Shown here: piece after piece, positions 29,914-39,410 of the stretch
Position numbering within the stretch: the first letter of the stretch is position 1
Layout: each line of letters opens with the position of its first letter
Origin: an uncultured Gammaproteobacteria bacterium
GTDB lineage: Bacteria > Pseudomonadota > Gammaproteobacteria > DRLM01
Direction: 5' to 3'
Assembly: GCA_963729605.1 (NCBI GenBank)
Contig: CAVSNY010000007.1
Location: 64,001-128,000, forward strand
DNA: 64,000 bases
The notes under the pieces: model-generated
Told to the model about the DNA's origin: nothing
What the model saw: the letters and a program-made list of their open reading frames with translations, nothing else
The model's database searches: none
Translations under genes and position numbers: made by a program

Positions 29914-31436
29914 GGCGTCGGCTCCGGCGCCGCGCCCAGCACCGCGTGAATATAACCGTCGGCTTGCAGCAACTGGTCGGCGGTGGCGCGGGCAAAATCC
30001 GTCGCGGGCCCGGCCCAGATCGTCAGCCCCAGCCCCAACAACAGCAGGCCGATAACGGGCGCCGCGTCGCCGGCCACGGGTGGCGCGGTTACCGGCGCTG
30101 CTCCGTCTTCGGCGGCGTGCGGCCGGTAGAACAGTAAGCTGCCGCTGCGCGCCAGGGCAACCAGTCCCAACAGGCTGGTCAGCAGCACCAGCGTCATGAT
30201 CCATGGCAGGGCTGGATGGGTCAGCGCGGCGTGCAGCAGCAGAAACTTACCCAGGAAACCGGACAGCGGCGGCAGGCCCGCCATCAGCACCGCGGTGATG
30301 AAAAACAAACCGCCCAGGAAGCGCGGGCTGGCGATGGCCGGACCGGGATCGAGCCGGTCGCCCAGTTCGCCGCGGCGGCCGGCAATGGCGTCGGCCAGCA
30401 GAAACAAGGCCGCTGCCGCGAAGGTGGTATGCGGCAGATAATAAAGCCCGGCGGCGATGCCGGCGCCGGAATTGAGGCCGAAGGCCGTCAGCAGCGAGCC
30501 GACCGAGGCCACCACCAGATAGGCGGTTTGTTGTCGCAGCGCGGTACTGGCCACCGCGCCTAACATGCCGATCGTCAAGGTGGCGAGGGCCAGCGGCAGC
30601 AACCAGGGTTCGATCAGGTGGGCGGCGCCGCCGGCGCCGCTGCCGAAGATCAGCGTATAGATACGCAGGATGCTGTACGCCCCCACCTTGGTCATGATGG
30701 CAAACAGCGCCGCCACCGGCGCGCTGGTATGGGCATAGGCGGCGGGCAGCCAGAGATACAGCGGCAGCAGCGCGGCCTTGAGCGCGAATACCCCGAACAG
30801 CAGCAGACCCGCCGCCCGCACCAAGGCGATATCTTCAGGCGGCACGGCGGCCATTTTCACGGCCAGGTCGGCCATGTTGAGCGTGCCCAGCACGCCGTAG
30901 AGTGTCCCCACGGCGAAAAGGAACAAGGTGGACCCCGCGAGATTGATCACCACGAAATGCAGACCGGCGCGGGTGCGCAAACGTCCGCCGCCGTGCAGCA
31001 TCAGCCCATAGGAGGCGAGCAGCAGGATTTCGAAAAAGACGAACAGGTTGAACAGGTCGCCGGTCAGAAAGGCGCCGTTCAGGCCGAACAGCTGCAACTG
31101 GAACAACACGTGGAAATGCTGGCCGGCGCGGTCGGTGCCGCGCAGCGCGTAGAGCAAGGCGAACAGCGCGAGCAAGGCGGTAATGAGCAGCATCCAGCCC
31201 GCGAGCCGGTCCGCCACCAGCACGATGCCGTAGGGCGCCGGCCAGTCGCCCAAGGCATAAACCAGGATCTCGCCGCCGTCCACCGCCGCCATGATCGCGA
31301 GCGCCAGCCCGATCTGCGCCACGACCGCGGCGACGCTCAGCAGCCGGCGCAGATCGAGATTCAGAGGGCGCAACAACAGCAGGAGTATGCCTGCTATCAG
31401 GGGCGCGATGACCGGGGCGATGACCAGGTGGTTCAT
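29910..31436 (-). CDS. mrpD: Mrp/Pha antiporter subunit D
   Basis: GDLFNLFVFFEILL, WLPAAY, TKVG, GLPPLSGF. Confidence 0.93.
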   Translation of the reverse strand: MNHLVIAPVIAPLIAGILLLLLRPLNLDLRRLLSVAAVVAQIGLALAIMAAVDGGEILVYALGDWPAPYGIVLVADRLAGWMLLITALLALFALLYALRGTDRAGQHFHVLFQLQLFGLNGAFLTGDLFNLFVFFEILLLASYGLMLHGGGRLRTRAGLHFVVINLAGSTLFLFAVGTLYGVLGTLNMADLAVKMAAVPPEDIALVRAAGLLLFGVFALKAALLPLYLWLPAAYAHTSAPVAALFAIMTKVGAYSILRIYTLIFGSGAGGAAHLIEPWLLPLALATLTIGMLGAVASTALRQQTAYLVVASVGSLLTAFGLNSGAGIAAGLYYLPHTTFAAAALFLLADAIAGRRGELGDRLDPGPAIASPRFLGGLFFITAVLMAGLPPLSGFLGKFLLLHAALTHPALPWIMTLVLLTSLLGLVALARSGSLLFYRPHAAEDGAAPVTAPPVAGDAAPVIGLLLLGLGLTIWAGPATDFARATADQLLQADGYIHAVLGAAPEPTP

Positions 31437-31759
31437 TTGTGTTTTCCGTCCACGTGGTCGTTGCCCAGTTCGGCGCGGGCCTTGAGGGCCAGCATGATGA
31501 CGAAGGCGGTCATGGCGAAACTGATGACGATGGCGGTGAGCACCAGGGCCTGCGGCAGCGGATCGGCGTAAGCGGCCGCGCCGGCGGTGATGACCGGCGG
31601 CTGACCGATGGCCAGCCGCCCCATGGCGAACAGGAACAGATTGACCGCGTAAGACAGAAAGGTCAGGCCCAACACGACCGGAAAGGTGCGGCCGCGCAAG
31701 GCCAGATAGACGCCGCAGGCGGTGAGCACGCCGATGATCAGGGCCATCAAGGCTTCCAT
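31433..31759 (-). CDS. mrpC: Mrp/Pha antiporter subunit C
   Basis: MEALMA...DPLPQALVLTAIVI; start at internal ATG 31759. Confidence 0.92.
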   Translation of the reverse strand: MEALMALIIGVLTACGVYLALRGRTFPVVLGLTFLSYAVNLFLFAMGRLAIGQPPVITAGAAAYADPLPQALVLTAIVISFAMTAFVIMLALKARAELGNDHVDGKHK

Positions 31760-34566
31760 CGGCGGCCCTCCTTTCCGATCTTCGGACCGTGGCTGGTGTG
31801 GTGCAGCATTCCCAAATGAATAAGGATGAGCAGGGTGGCGCCCACCACCACCAGGTAAACGCCGAGGTCGAAGGCCATCGCCGAGGCCAGTTCGAACTCG
31901 CCCACCCAAGGCCAGTGCAAATGGGTGAACGTCGAGGTCAGGAACGGATGGCCGAACAGCCAGCTCGCCAAGCCGGTGAGCGTGGCGATCGCCAGCCCCG
32001 CGCCGATGACCGGGTGCATATTGGCCGGCAGGCGCGATTGGGTCCAGGCCACGCCGTTGGCGAGGTATTGCATGATCAGCGCCACCGCCGTGATCAATCC
32101 GGCGATGAAACCGCCGCCGGGCAGGTTGTGGCCGCGCAGCAGGATGAATACCGACACCAGCAAGGCCAACGGCAACAGCAAGCGGGTCAGCGAGGCCATG
32201 ACGGGCGGATGCGCGTCCCAGTTCCACGGCCGGCCGTCGGCATCGCGCTCGGGGCCGGACAGGTGCAGGTGGTCCAGCATGGCGTAGATGCCGAGACCGG
32301 CCAGGGCCAGGACGGTGATCTCGCCCAGGGTGTCGTAGCCGCGGAAGTCGACGAGGATCACGTTCACCACGTTGCCGCCCCCGCCCCCGGGCACGCTGTT
32401 GGCCAGGAAATAATCGGCGATGCTTTGATAGGGCCGCGTCAGCACCGCCCAGGTCAGGGCCGCCGCGCCGCCGCCGGCCATGAGTGCGAGCAATCCGCCC
32501 TGCAGCCGGCGCGCAGTCGAAGATTCCTCGGCTTGATGCTTGGGCAAAAAGTAGAGGGCCAGCAGCAGCAATACCACCGTCACCACTTCAACCGAAAGCT
32601 GGGTGAGCGCCAGATCGGGCGCTGAAAATTTGACGAAGATCAGCGAGACCACCAGACCCACGGCGCCCATCAGGATCAACGCGACAAAACGCTGCCGGTG
32701 CATGACGACCGTGGCGACGGCCGCCGCCGCGAGTCCCAGCGCCGCCAGCGCACTCACGCCGTCGACCGGCAACGGGACCCGTTCGCCGGTCAGCGGCGAA
32801 CCCCCGCTCAGAAAACCGGCCGCTCCCAGCACCAGCGCGGAAAGAATGAAGAGGAAGACCATGCGCTGCAGCGAGCCGGTGTCGAGTAGACGGGTCAGCG
32901 AACCGGCCAAGGAGAACAATCCGTCTAACAGGTGGTTGTAACGGGTTTTCGCCTCCAGCCGTCCTTCCATACGTTCATGCAGGGCAAACAACGGCCGGCG
33001 GCCCAGATACAACAAACCGCCGCCGACCAAGGCAATGACGCTCATCCACAACGCCGGATTGAAGCCGTGCCAGATGGCGAGATCGTAGGCCGGCGGTGGC
33101 GTCTGCAACACGCCGGCCACCGCGACGGCGAGGATGGGCTCCACGGTCAGCGCCGGCGCGATGCCCACCAGCAGGCATAACGCCACCAGCACCTCGACCG
33201 GCACCTTCATCCACCGCGGCGGTTCGTGGGGGGTCTTGGGCAGATCGACGGGGTCGCCGTTGAAAAAGACGTCGTGGATGAAACGCAGCGAATAGGCCAC
33301 CGCCAACACGCCGGCCACCGTCACCGCCGCCGGCAACAGCCAGCCGAAACGCAGCTGGGTGGTGGCGCCGACGGCCTCGGCGAAGAACATCTCCTTCGAC
33401 AGAAACCCGTTGAGCAAAGGCACCCCGGCCATCGACGCCGACGCCATCATGGCCAGCAAACCGGTATAGGGCATGAACTTCCACAGCCCGTTGATCCGGC
33501 GCATGTCGCGACAGCCGGTTTCATGATCGATGATGCCGGCGGCCATGAACAGCGAGGCCTTGAAGATGGCGTGGTTGATGATATGAAACACCCCGGCCAC
33601 CGCCGCCAGCGGCGTACCGATGCCGAACAGCAGCGTAATCAGGCCGAGATGGCTGATGGTGGAATAGGCCAGCAGCGCCTTGATGTCGTGTTTGAACAGG
33701 GCGAAGAAGGCCCCCACCAGCAGCGTCGCCAGCCCCGTCCCGCCCACCAGCCACGACCACTCCGGCGTGCCGGACAGCGCCGGAAACAGCCGGGCCAGCA
33801 GGAATACCCCGGCCTTGACCATCGTGGCCGAATGCAGATAGGCCGACACCGGGGTGGGTGCCGCCATGGCGTTCGGCAACCAGAAATGAAAAGGGAACTG
33901 CGCCGATTTGGTAAACGCGCCGAGCAGCACCAGCACCAACATGGGCAGATACCACGGGTGGGCGCGGATGAGGTCGCCCGACGCCAAGATCACGGACAAT
34001 TCATAACTGCCGGCGATCTCGCCCAGCAACAAAAATCCGCCCAGCAGCGCCAGCCCGCCGGCCCCGGTCACCGTGAGCGCCATGCGCGCGCCGTTGCGGG
34101 CCTCCCGCCGATGCTGCCAATAGCTGATCAGCAGAAAGGACGAGAGGCTGGTCAACTCCCAGAAGATCAACATCTGGATGATGTTTTCGGACAGCGCGAT
34201 GCCCAGCATGGAGCCCATGAACAAGAGCAAATACGCGTAGAAGCGGCCCAGGTTACTCCGCTCGGAGAGGTAATAACGCGCGTAGAGAATCACCAGCAGG
34301 CCGATGCTCAAGATCAGCAGGGAGAACAATAAACCCAGGCCGTCCAGACGGAACACCAGATCGAGCCCGACCGCCGGCATCCAACTCAGGCGCTGGATTT
34401 CGGTATGGCCGGCGAAGGTCGCCGCCGCCAGCGGCAGCAGCCAAACCAGCGCGAGCAGCGTTACGGCGCCGGCCATCCAGGCGGCGTGCAGCCGCCCCAA
34501 ACGGGACACCCACGCGCTTAGGACGGAACCGAGGAAGGGCGTGAGGACAATGAAGAGTAAAGACAT
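31747..34566 (-). CDS. mrpA: Mrp/Pha antiporter fused subunit A/B (group 2 Mrp)
   Basis: TKSAQFPFHFWLP, SATMVKAG; C-terminal MrpB part (RGHNLPGGGF); 939 aa. Confidence 0.94.
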   Translation of the reverse strand: MSLLFIVLTPFLGSVLSAWVSRLGRLHAAWMAGAVTLLALVWLLPLAAATFAGHTEIQRLSWMPAVGLDLVFRLDGLGLLFSLLILSIGLLVILYARYYLSERSNLGRFYAYLLLFMGSMLGIALSENIIQMLIFWELTSLSSFLLISYWQHRREARNGARMALTVTGAGGLALLGGFLLLGEIAGSYELSVILASGDLIRAHPWYLPMLVLVLLGAFTKSAQFPFHFWLPNAMAAPTPVSAYLHSATMVKAGVFLLARLFPALSGTPEWSWLVGGTGLATLLVGAFFALFKHDIKALLAYSTISHLGLITLLFGIGTPLAAVAGVFHIINHAIFKASLFMAAGIIDHETGCRDMRRINGLWKFMPYTGLLAMMASASMAGVPLLNGFLSKEMFFAEAVGATTQLRFGWLLPAAVTVAGVLAVAYSLRFIHDVFFNGDPVDLPKTPHEPPRWMKVPVEVLVALCLLVGIAPALTVEPILAVAVAGVLQTPPPAYDLAIWHGFNPALWMSVIALVGGGLLYLGRRPLFALHERMEGRLEAKTRYNHLLDGLFSLAGSLTRLLDTGSLQRMVFLFILSALVLGAAGFLSGGSPLTGERVPLPVDGVSALAALGLAAAAVATVVMHRQRFVALILMGAVGLVVSLIFVKFSAPDLALTQLSVEVVTVVLLLLALYFLPKHQAEESSTARRLQGGLLALMAGGGAAALTWAVLTRPYQSIADYFLANSVPGGGGGNVVNVILVDFRGYDTLGEITVLALAGLGIYAMLDHLHLSGPERDADGRPWNWDAHPPVMASLTRLLLPLALLVSVFILLRGHNLPGGGFIAGLITAVALIMQYLANGVAWTQSRLPANMHPVIGAGLAIATLTGLASWLFGHPFLTSTFTHLHWPWVGEFELASAMAFDLGVYLVVVGATLLILIHLGMLHHTSHGPKIGKEGRRWKP

Positions 34567-34642
34567 CCCAAGACGCTAGACCATAGACTGAAAGCCGACA
34601 TAGTACTTGGCGGAGCGTGTTCGTGGAAGCGAAATGCCCCTC

Positions 34643-34705
34643 GGCGGGCGCGAACCGGCCGTGCCCAAGCTTTCCTGCGAGCCTGGTGGATGCCGGTTTT
34701 CACCG
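34643..34705 (-). ncRNA. Candidate cation-sensing (nhaA-I-like) riboswitch in mrp leader
   Basis: CGGTG-AAAACCGGC..CCAGGCT-loop-AGCTTGG..GCCGGTT-CGCGCCCGCC nested stem about 75 nt upstream of the mrpA start. Confidence 0.35.
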
Positions 34706-34842
34706 ATGGTTTTAAAGCGAGGATTCGACATTGCGTCGGGTTGAATTGAACATCTTCGCGCGCGTCGAGTGTCGGAGTGTCTCTCGTCGATCATCAACAC
34801 CATCGCGTTGGACGCTTCGCTGCTTCACACGCCACTAGCTCC

Positions 34843-34976
34843 CAAGGAACTCGGATTTATTCAGCGGTGCCTGGGCTGCGGGGTTAGCCATTGAAAAACG
34901 CAGGGCGGCGAAAACGCGATTTTTCGCCGCCCGTGCCCTGAAAATTCCGGGAGGGAATTATTCAGAGCGCTCATAA
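34843..34976 (+). repeat. Diverged copy of MITE-like repeat
   Basis: AAGGAAC..ATTTATTCAG, GCCATTGAAAA, GGCGAAAA..TTTTCGCC, CTGAAAATTCC..GGAATTATTCAGAG. Confidence 0.75.
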
Positions 34977-35066
34977 AAAATTTATGACCGCTCACTCGAT
35001 ACAGAATCTAGCGAGCAGGCGTAAGGCTTCATCATTGCTGGGTTTGTTATTTTTGATCGGCGGCCA

Positions 35067-35087
35067 TGGGCACACATCTGGGCACAC
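35067..35087 (+). repeat. Tandem integrase arm-type sites (left end)
   Basis: TGGGCACAC-ATC-TGGGCACAC, mirrored by TGGGCACAC-ATA-TGGGCACAC at 46664-46684. Confidence 0.7.
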
Positions 35088-35162
35088 CAATTCAAGGCTT
35101 CTCGCTTTTTGTACCCATGCGGCTAAGGTAGCAACATTGAGTTCATAGTTTGCAAAACAGTC

Positions 35163-35804
35163 TCAGCACCCCAAGTCATCGAGCTGCTGAAGGCCCAGGT
35201 CATCCAACGTCACGCTTCTCAGCCCAAAGCGTTCGGCCATGCCAGCCAATGACGCAAGAACGAAAGCATCATGCTGGGTTTTCAGCCGTTGAAAGGTGCT
35301 CCAGTGCATCCCTTTGGGCTTGCCGCCCTCACCGTTCAGGATGCCGGGCTCCCACTTGAGTTTGTCCCGCAGAGTGTCCGCTCTCCGGGTCGCGCGGTCA
35401 TCATCATTCTCCCGCTGGCACCTATACGCCAGCCGGTGACAGTGCCTGCAGGCAAAAACGCTACCACCGTGCAGTATCGCCACACGCCGCCCACAACCCG
35501 TCGCAGGGCAACGCCACCAAACCCGCTCGCCACCGAAACGGCACGCTGTCCTTTCTAGGCTAACTGGGTAACGCATGTCCTGCCATTCTCTGCTGCGTTC
35601 GCGTTGTCGGTAGGCAAACCAAACCCGGTCAGCTTCCACCGACAAATTGATAGATGCCACCACGTCGCCGTTCCGTTTCCATTGCCAGCCATAAGACATG
35701 CCGGCATTTAGAAAGCCGCTGCGCGACAACAGTCGAATGTCGATCTGCCTCATCTCATCGGTACAGTTTTTCCCCCGCTTACGTCCACTGCCAAAACCTC
35801 CCAT
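35163..35804 (-). CDS. Conserved island hypothetical protein with Cys-rich (Zn-ribbon-like) region
   Basis: MGGFGSGR...WWRCPATGCGRR...CRHCH...KPKGMHW; start at 35804 with GAGGA RBS. Confidence 0.75.
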   Translation of the reverse strand: MGGFGSGRKRGKNCTDEMRQIDIRLLSRSGFLNAGMSYGWQWKRNGDVVASINLSVEADRVWFAYRQRERSREWQDMRYPVSLERTACRFGGERVWWRCPATGCGRRVAILHGGSVFACRHCHRLAYRCQRENDDDRATRRADTLRDKLKWEPGILNGEGGKPKGMHWSTFQRLKTQHDAFVLASLAGMAERFGLRSVTLDDLGLQQLDDLGC

Positions 35805-35829
35805 CTTCGGTTCCTCCTCAAAAAATTTT

Positions 35830-36236
35830 CCGAAATCATTTGGCAAGTTCATCGTTTGATCAACGTCCAACGCAGGTAGCTTTTGAGCCAGTTCAGCCGC
35901 CACCGCTGCTTGCATGTCCTCTACCATTCATCGTCGCCGTGCAGCCGAGTCGTGAAGTTTTCAATCTCGCCAATGTTCATGGCCTGGGTGTGCGGCGAGC
36001 ACCAGCGGTCGAAGTCAATTGCTGGTGTAAGATCGATAATTGCGCAATCGTGGCACCTAGCCTTGGGGTCTCAGCCCCGTTTCATCCGTCCCAATTTTTT
36101 GAAAACAGGCTTAGCGGTACGCTACAAAACCTACAAAACCTACTTCGCCGCGGCGCTGCAGAGGTTTTGTAGGTTTCGTAGCGTAGATGCCACCCGTGTT
36201 TTCATTTTTCAGGCGAGCCATCCAGCCGCCCATCAT
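35830..36236 (-). pseudogene. Disrupted island hypothetical gene downstream of primase
   Basis: Start overlaps primase stop (ATGA); MMGGWMARLK..TKPTK..GFVGFVA then a stop; protein-like DRWCSPHTQAMN..EIENFTTRL resumes downstream. Confidence 0.45.
36118..36185. repeat. Inverted iteron-like repeat (putative island replication origin)
   Basis: 24 bp arms (23/24 complementary), each with tandem CTACAAAAC units, 20 bp spacer. Confidence 0.7.
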
Positions 36237-38668
36237 GGGCGCCCTTTCAACAGTATGGGGTGGATCAGGTATCGGTCGCTGGGTCTGCCACCCGCCGAGC
36301 CGGTGGGCACAATTTCCCGTGCAAGCCAGCCGTAATCGCACAGCAAGTCCGCTGCCTTGCGTACCGCGTCTGGTGTGCCCAGTCCCGCCCAATGCTTCAC
36401 TGCCACCAGTCGGGCGGTGAACGTTTCTAATAGCACGTCGTCACCGTCGCGCAGCTTGCCCGCCTTAATTTTGTCCAATAGTTGCTTGGCCCCGGTTGTC
36501 TCCGGGATCACCGCCGCCGCGTACATTCGTTCCGCATGTGTTCGCAGGTAGTCGCCCCAAGCCAATGCCCGCAACAGTTCGCGCTTGTGGATCACGTTCC
36601 CGCTCTCGGGGGTGTCCACGAGGGCAAAGATTAGCGCCAGCGCCGGAACCAGCTTGCGGTACTTACTCAGGTGTGAAATGAGCGCCGGGTGCAGTTCCTC
36701 GCCGCGTATTTCCGTCTCGAATGGTTCCAGCCACTCCACAAACAGAGCTTGCGCCTCCGAGGAAAAACGCCATTCCTGTGGGGCGGTGTCGCTGGCGGGT
36801 TGCAGTGCGTTCAATCGCTCGAAGACCGCCCATGCTGCTTCTTTGGCCAGTGTGTCAGGCCGCTGGTCCACGTAGGTAAATTCTCGGCTAACGTCTGGCC
36901 ACACGGCCAATCCGAAGCGCTGCAACAGGCCATCGTCACTCGCGCCGCCCGCCACCGCTTCGCGCACGTAGCTTTGCAGCTTGCCGGGTTGAATGCCGCC
37001 CAGCATGGCTAGGCATACTCGGGGGATGCAGTGGGTGCCTCGGATGATTCTGTCTACTGTGTACCCTTGATTCCCGTCATAGGCTTGCAAGTAAAAGGCG
37101 CGCGCCCCTTCCTGCCCTTGTCGGTCCATGCTGCACAGTAAACCGTGCATCTCATCGCGGTAGCTAAGGGTGCCCCAGGTGTTCACTTCCAGGATTTCGC
37201 CCAGCTTTTCAACCGTAGCATCGTTGACCACATAGCGCCGTGCCTGGGGTTCGGTCGGTGTATCCACCGGCTCCAATAACGCGCGTGCCTTAGCCGGATC
37301 TTTTGCCGCGTACGCCACTGCCCGTTTCTCATTTTGCTTCGTGGCTAGTTCTGCCACCTTGTAATCAAGTTCCCATATGTCATGCGCCGCCTGCCACCGT
37401 TCACGCGCTGTCGCTTCGAGCCGGTATAGGGTTTTCAGCACCTCGCCAAGCGCTGGGGATTTCATCACCCCTGGCCTACCCACAATCGCGCCCCACAGGT
37501 TCGGAACCACGCGCCAATCGTCGTGCGCCTTGGGGGCCACAACAGCACGCGCACCGATCAGGCTTGAAATCGCCACTACAGCCGCTACCGCCGGAAAGTC
37601 CGGGGGGCATTGCATCCGATGGGAAATGTCAGTCACCCAGCCGCGTAAAGCCTCGGGCAATAACTCTGGGTCAAAACGGGTCACCTGGGGCAAGCTATCA
37701 GGCAAGGGTTGGGGGCTGGGCCATTGGTCGCCAGCCTCAGATACTGGGAATGTGTTCCCCATCACCGGTTGTGCCATCGCAACACATGCCTGCACTGCCT
37801 CCACCCCGGCTAGCCGGTGTAAGTCGTTCATGTCGGTGTCTTTGTCACCGCGGCTCTGAGGGAACGTCGGCACCGCCAACCAGCCGTCCACAGCCCGTGC
37901 TGCATCGGTGGCCTTGGTTATTCCGGGGTTGCCTTCGGTCTGCCAATCGTCATCACCAGCCAGTACTAGCCGCATCTCTGGATATTTGGTGTGCAGTGCC
38001 TCAGCAACCGTCCGCAGGTTATTTGCATTGAAGGCCACAGCCACCGCCTGCCCCGTGGCCTGATGGATGCTCGCGCCCGTGGCGTACCCCTCGCACACGA
38101 TCAACAAGCCGTCCGGCTTGCCGATGGAGTGATAGCAGCCCTTCATCCGTCCGCCAAATAGAAAGCGTTTGCCGCCTTCTGGGTCGATCACTTGTAGATT
38201 GTGCAGTGTGCCCGCTGCGTCACGCATTGGGATGAGCAGGGCGACGCCATCCACCTTTACGCCGTGAGCTAGCACGCCTTTGGCGCTGAGGTAGGGATGT
38301 TCCGTCGCGGGTGTGGCGGCCTTCCAACGTTGCGCCGCCAGAAATGCTGTATGCCGTTGGCGCTCTGCCGTATCTGCCTCGCGTTGTTTGCGCATCGCCT
38401 CCACCCGTTGCCGGTGGGCTTCGCGTTCGTCCGGCGTCATGGTGTCCGGGGCCTTAATGCACCATTGCTGCATGAAGCCTTTGCGCCAGCAGCCAAAGAC
38501 ACCAGCCGCGATACCATCGTTGTGCAGCACATACCACCCGGAATCGTCGCCGCGTTGCCCTTTACTGGAGAATCGGTGCAGCTTGCCGTCGGCGTGAATG
38601 TCGTTCGGCGGGGTCAGGCCCATGCCTGCCATCGCCGCCCGGAATTGCTCGATAGAGTTCGCCAGCAT
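36233..38668 (-). CDS. Toprim primase fused to DUF3987 (helicase-like) replication protein
   Basis: VCEGYATG and AGDDD Toprim motifs; PNLWGAIVGRPGVMKSP P-loop; GLLQRF. Confidence 0.85.
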   Translation of the reverse strand: MLANSIEQFRAAMAGMGLTPPNDIHADGKLHRFSSKGQRGDDSGWYVLHNDGIAAGVFGCWRKGFMQQWCIKAPDTMTPDEREAHRQRVEAMRKQREADTAERQRHTAFLAAQRWKAATPATEHPYLSAKGVLAHGVKVDGVALLIPMRDAAGTLHNLQVIDPEGGKRFLFGGRMKGCYHSIGKPDGLLIVCEGYATGASIHQATGQAVAVAFNANNLRTVAEALHTKYPEMRLVLAGDDDWQTEGNPGITKATDAARAVDGWLAVPTFPQSRGDKDTDMNDLHRLAGVEAVQACVAMAQPVMGNTFPVSEAGDQWPSPQPLPDSLPQVTRFDPELLPEALRGWVTDISHRMQCPPDFPAVAAVVAISSLIGARAVVAPKAHDDWRVVPNLWGAIVGRPGVMKSPALGEVLKTLYRLEATARERWQAAHDIWELDYKVAELATKQNEKRAVAYAAKDPAKARALLEPVDTPTEPQARRYVVNDATVEKLGEILEVNTWGTLSYRDEMHGLLCSMDRQGQEGARAFYLQAYDGNQGYTVDRIIRGTHCIPRVCLAMLGGIQPGKLQSYVREAVAGGASDDGLLQRFGLAVWPDVSREFTYVDQRPDTLAKEAAWAVFERLNALQPASDTAPQEWRFSSEAQALFVEWLEPFETEIRGEELHPALISHLSKYRKLVPALALIFALVDTPESGNVIHKRELLRALAWGDYLRTHAERMYAAAVIPETTGAKQLLDKIKAGKLRDGDDVLLETFTARLVAVKHWAGLGTPDAVRKAADLLCDYGWLAREIVPTGSAGGRPSDRYLIHPILLKGRP

Positions 38669-38949
38669 CACAGCCGCCCCCCAACTCGCGATAGGAAGCG
38701 CTCCGCTTTGTACGAGGTGGGCTGGTAACGAATCACTCCCCAGCATTCAACCCAAATGGTCATAGGCCGGTTGCTCGGGCCGATCTGGCGCAATGTGTGC
38801 CTCGACAGCGAAAGTGCAGCCCGCAGTGTTTCAAATGCTATGCCTGCATGCGGTGACGGGGGAAAATTCAGATCGTTGATAGCACCTGCCGTGGGGTTGC
38901 TGCCCCCGGCGGGCTTTTCTCTTGGGATGGTGTTGATCGCCATTGCCAT
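38668..38949 (-). CDS. Small island hypothetical protein
   Basis: 93 aa ORF packed between alpA and primase; stop overlaps the primase start. Confidence 0.55.
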   Translation of the reverse strand: MAMAINTIPREKPAGGSNPTAGAINDLNFPPSPHAGIAFETLRAALSLSRHTLRQIGPSNRPMTIWVECWGVIRYQPTSYKAERFLSRVGGRL

Positions 38950-38953
38950 CCCC

Positions 38954-39190
38954 TTAAGCCGTGCGGCTTTTTTTAACTTGGGCGGTCAGCCACTCGTCAA
39001 TTTCCGCCTCGATCCAGCCAACGGCTTTCGCCCCGACCGATATCGGTTTCGGGAAGGTCGGGTCATAATCGCCCGGCCTCTTGGGGTTTTGCCGCAAGCG
39101 GGCATAAATGCTCGAACGGGAAAGCCCCGTACGGGCTTCAACCTGTTTGCGCCTAAGAATGGTTAGTGCGGAATGGGTTTGTGCGGCCAT
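38954..39190 (-). CDS. alpA: AlpA-family regulator/excisionase
   Basis: ILRRKQVEARTGLSRSSIY...FPKPISVGAKAVGWIEAEIDEW. Confidence 0.92.
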   Translation of the reverse strand: MAAQTHSALTILRRKQVEARTGLSRSSIYARLRQNPKRPGDYDPTFPKPISVGAKAVGWIEAEIDEWLTAQVKKSRTA

Positions 39191-39410
39191 GTTTCGCTGT
39201 CTCCTGATGAAGGTGAAGCATTCCGGAACAGCCCGGAACATGGTTCAGCACAATATGCACGGTGTCGCCCTACGAATAGCCGGACAGGTTCAGAAAACCT
39301 GCCCCGGGAAATGGGTGTGAGAAGGACAGGTTTCGCCGAAAATGGGGGGTGGGTTTAAGTCGAAATTAGCCGTTAAACCAGTATCCGCGCGGCTCTTGGG
39401 GGTGGGTGGA

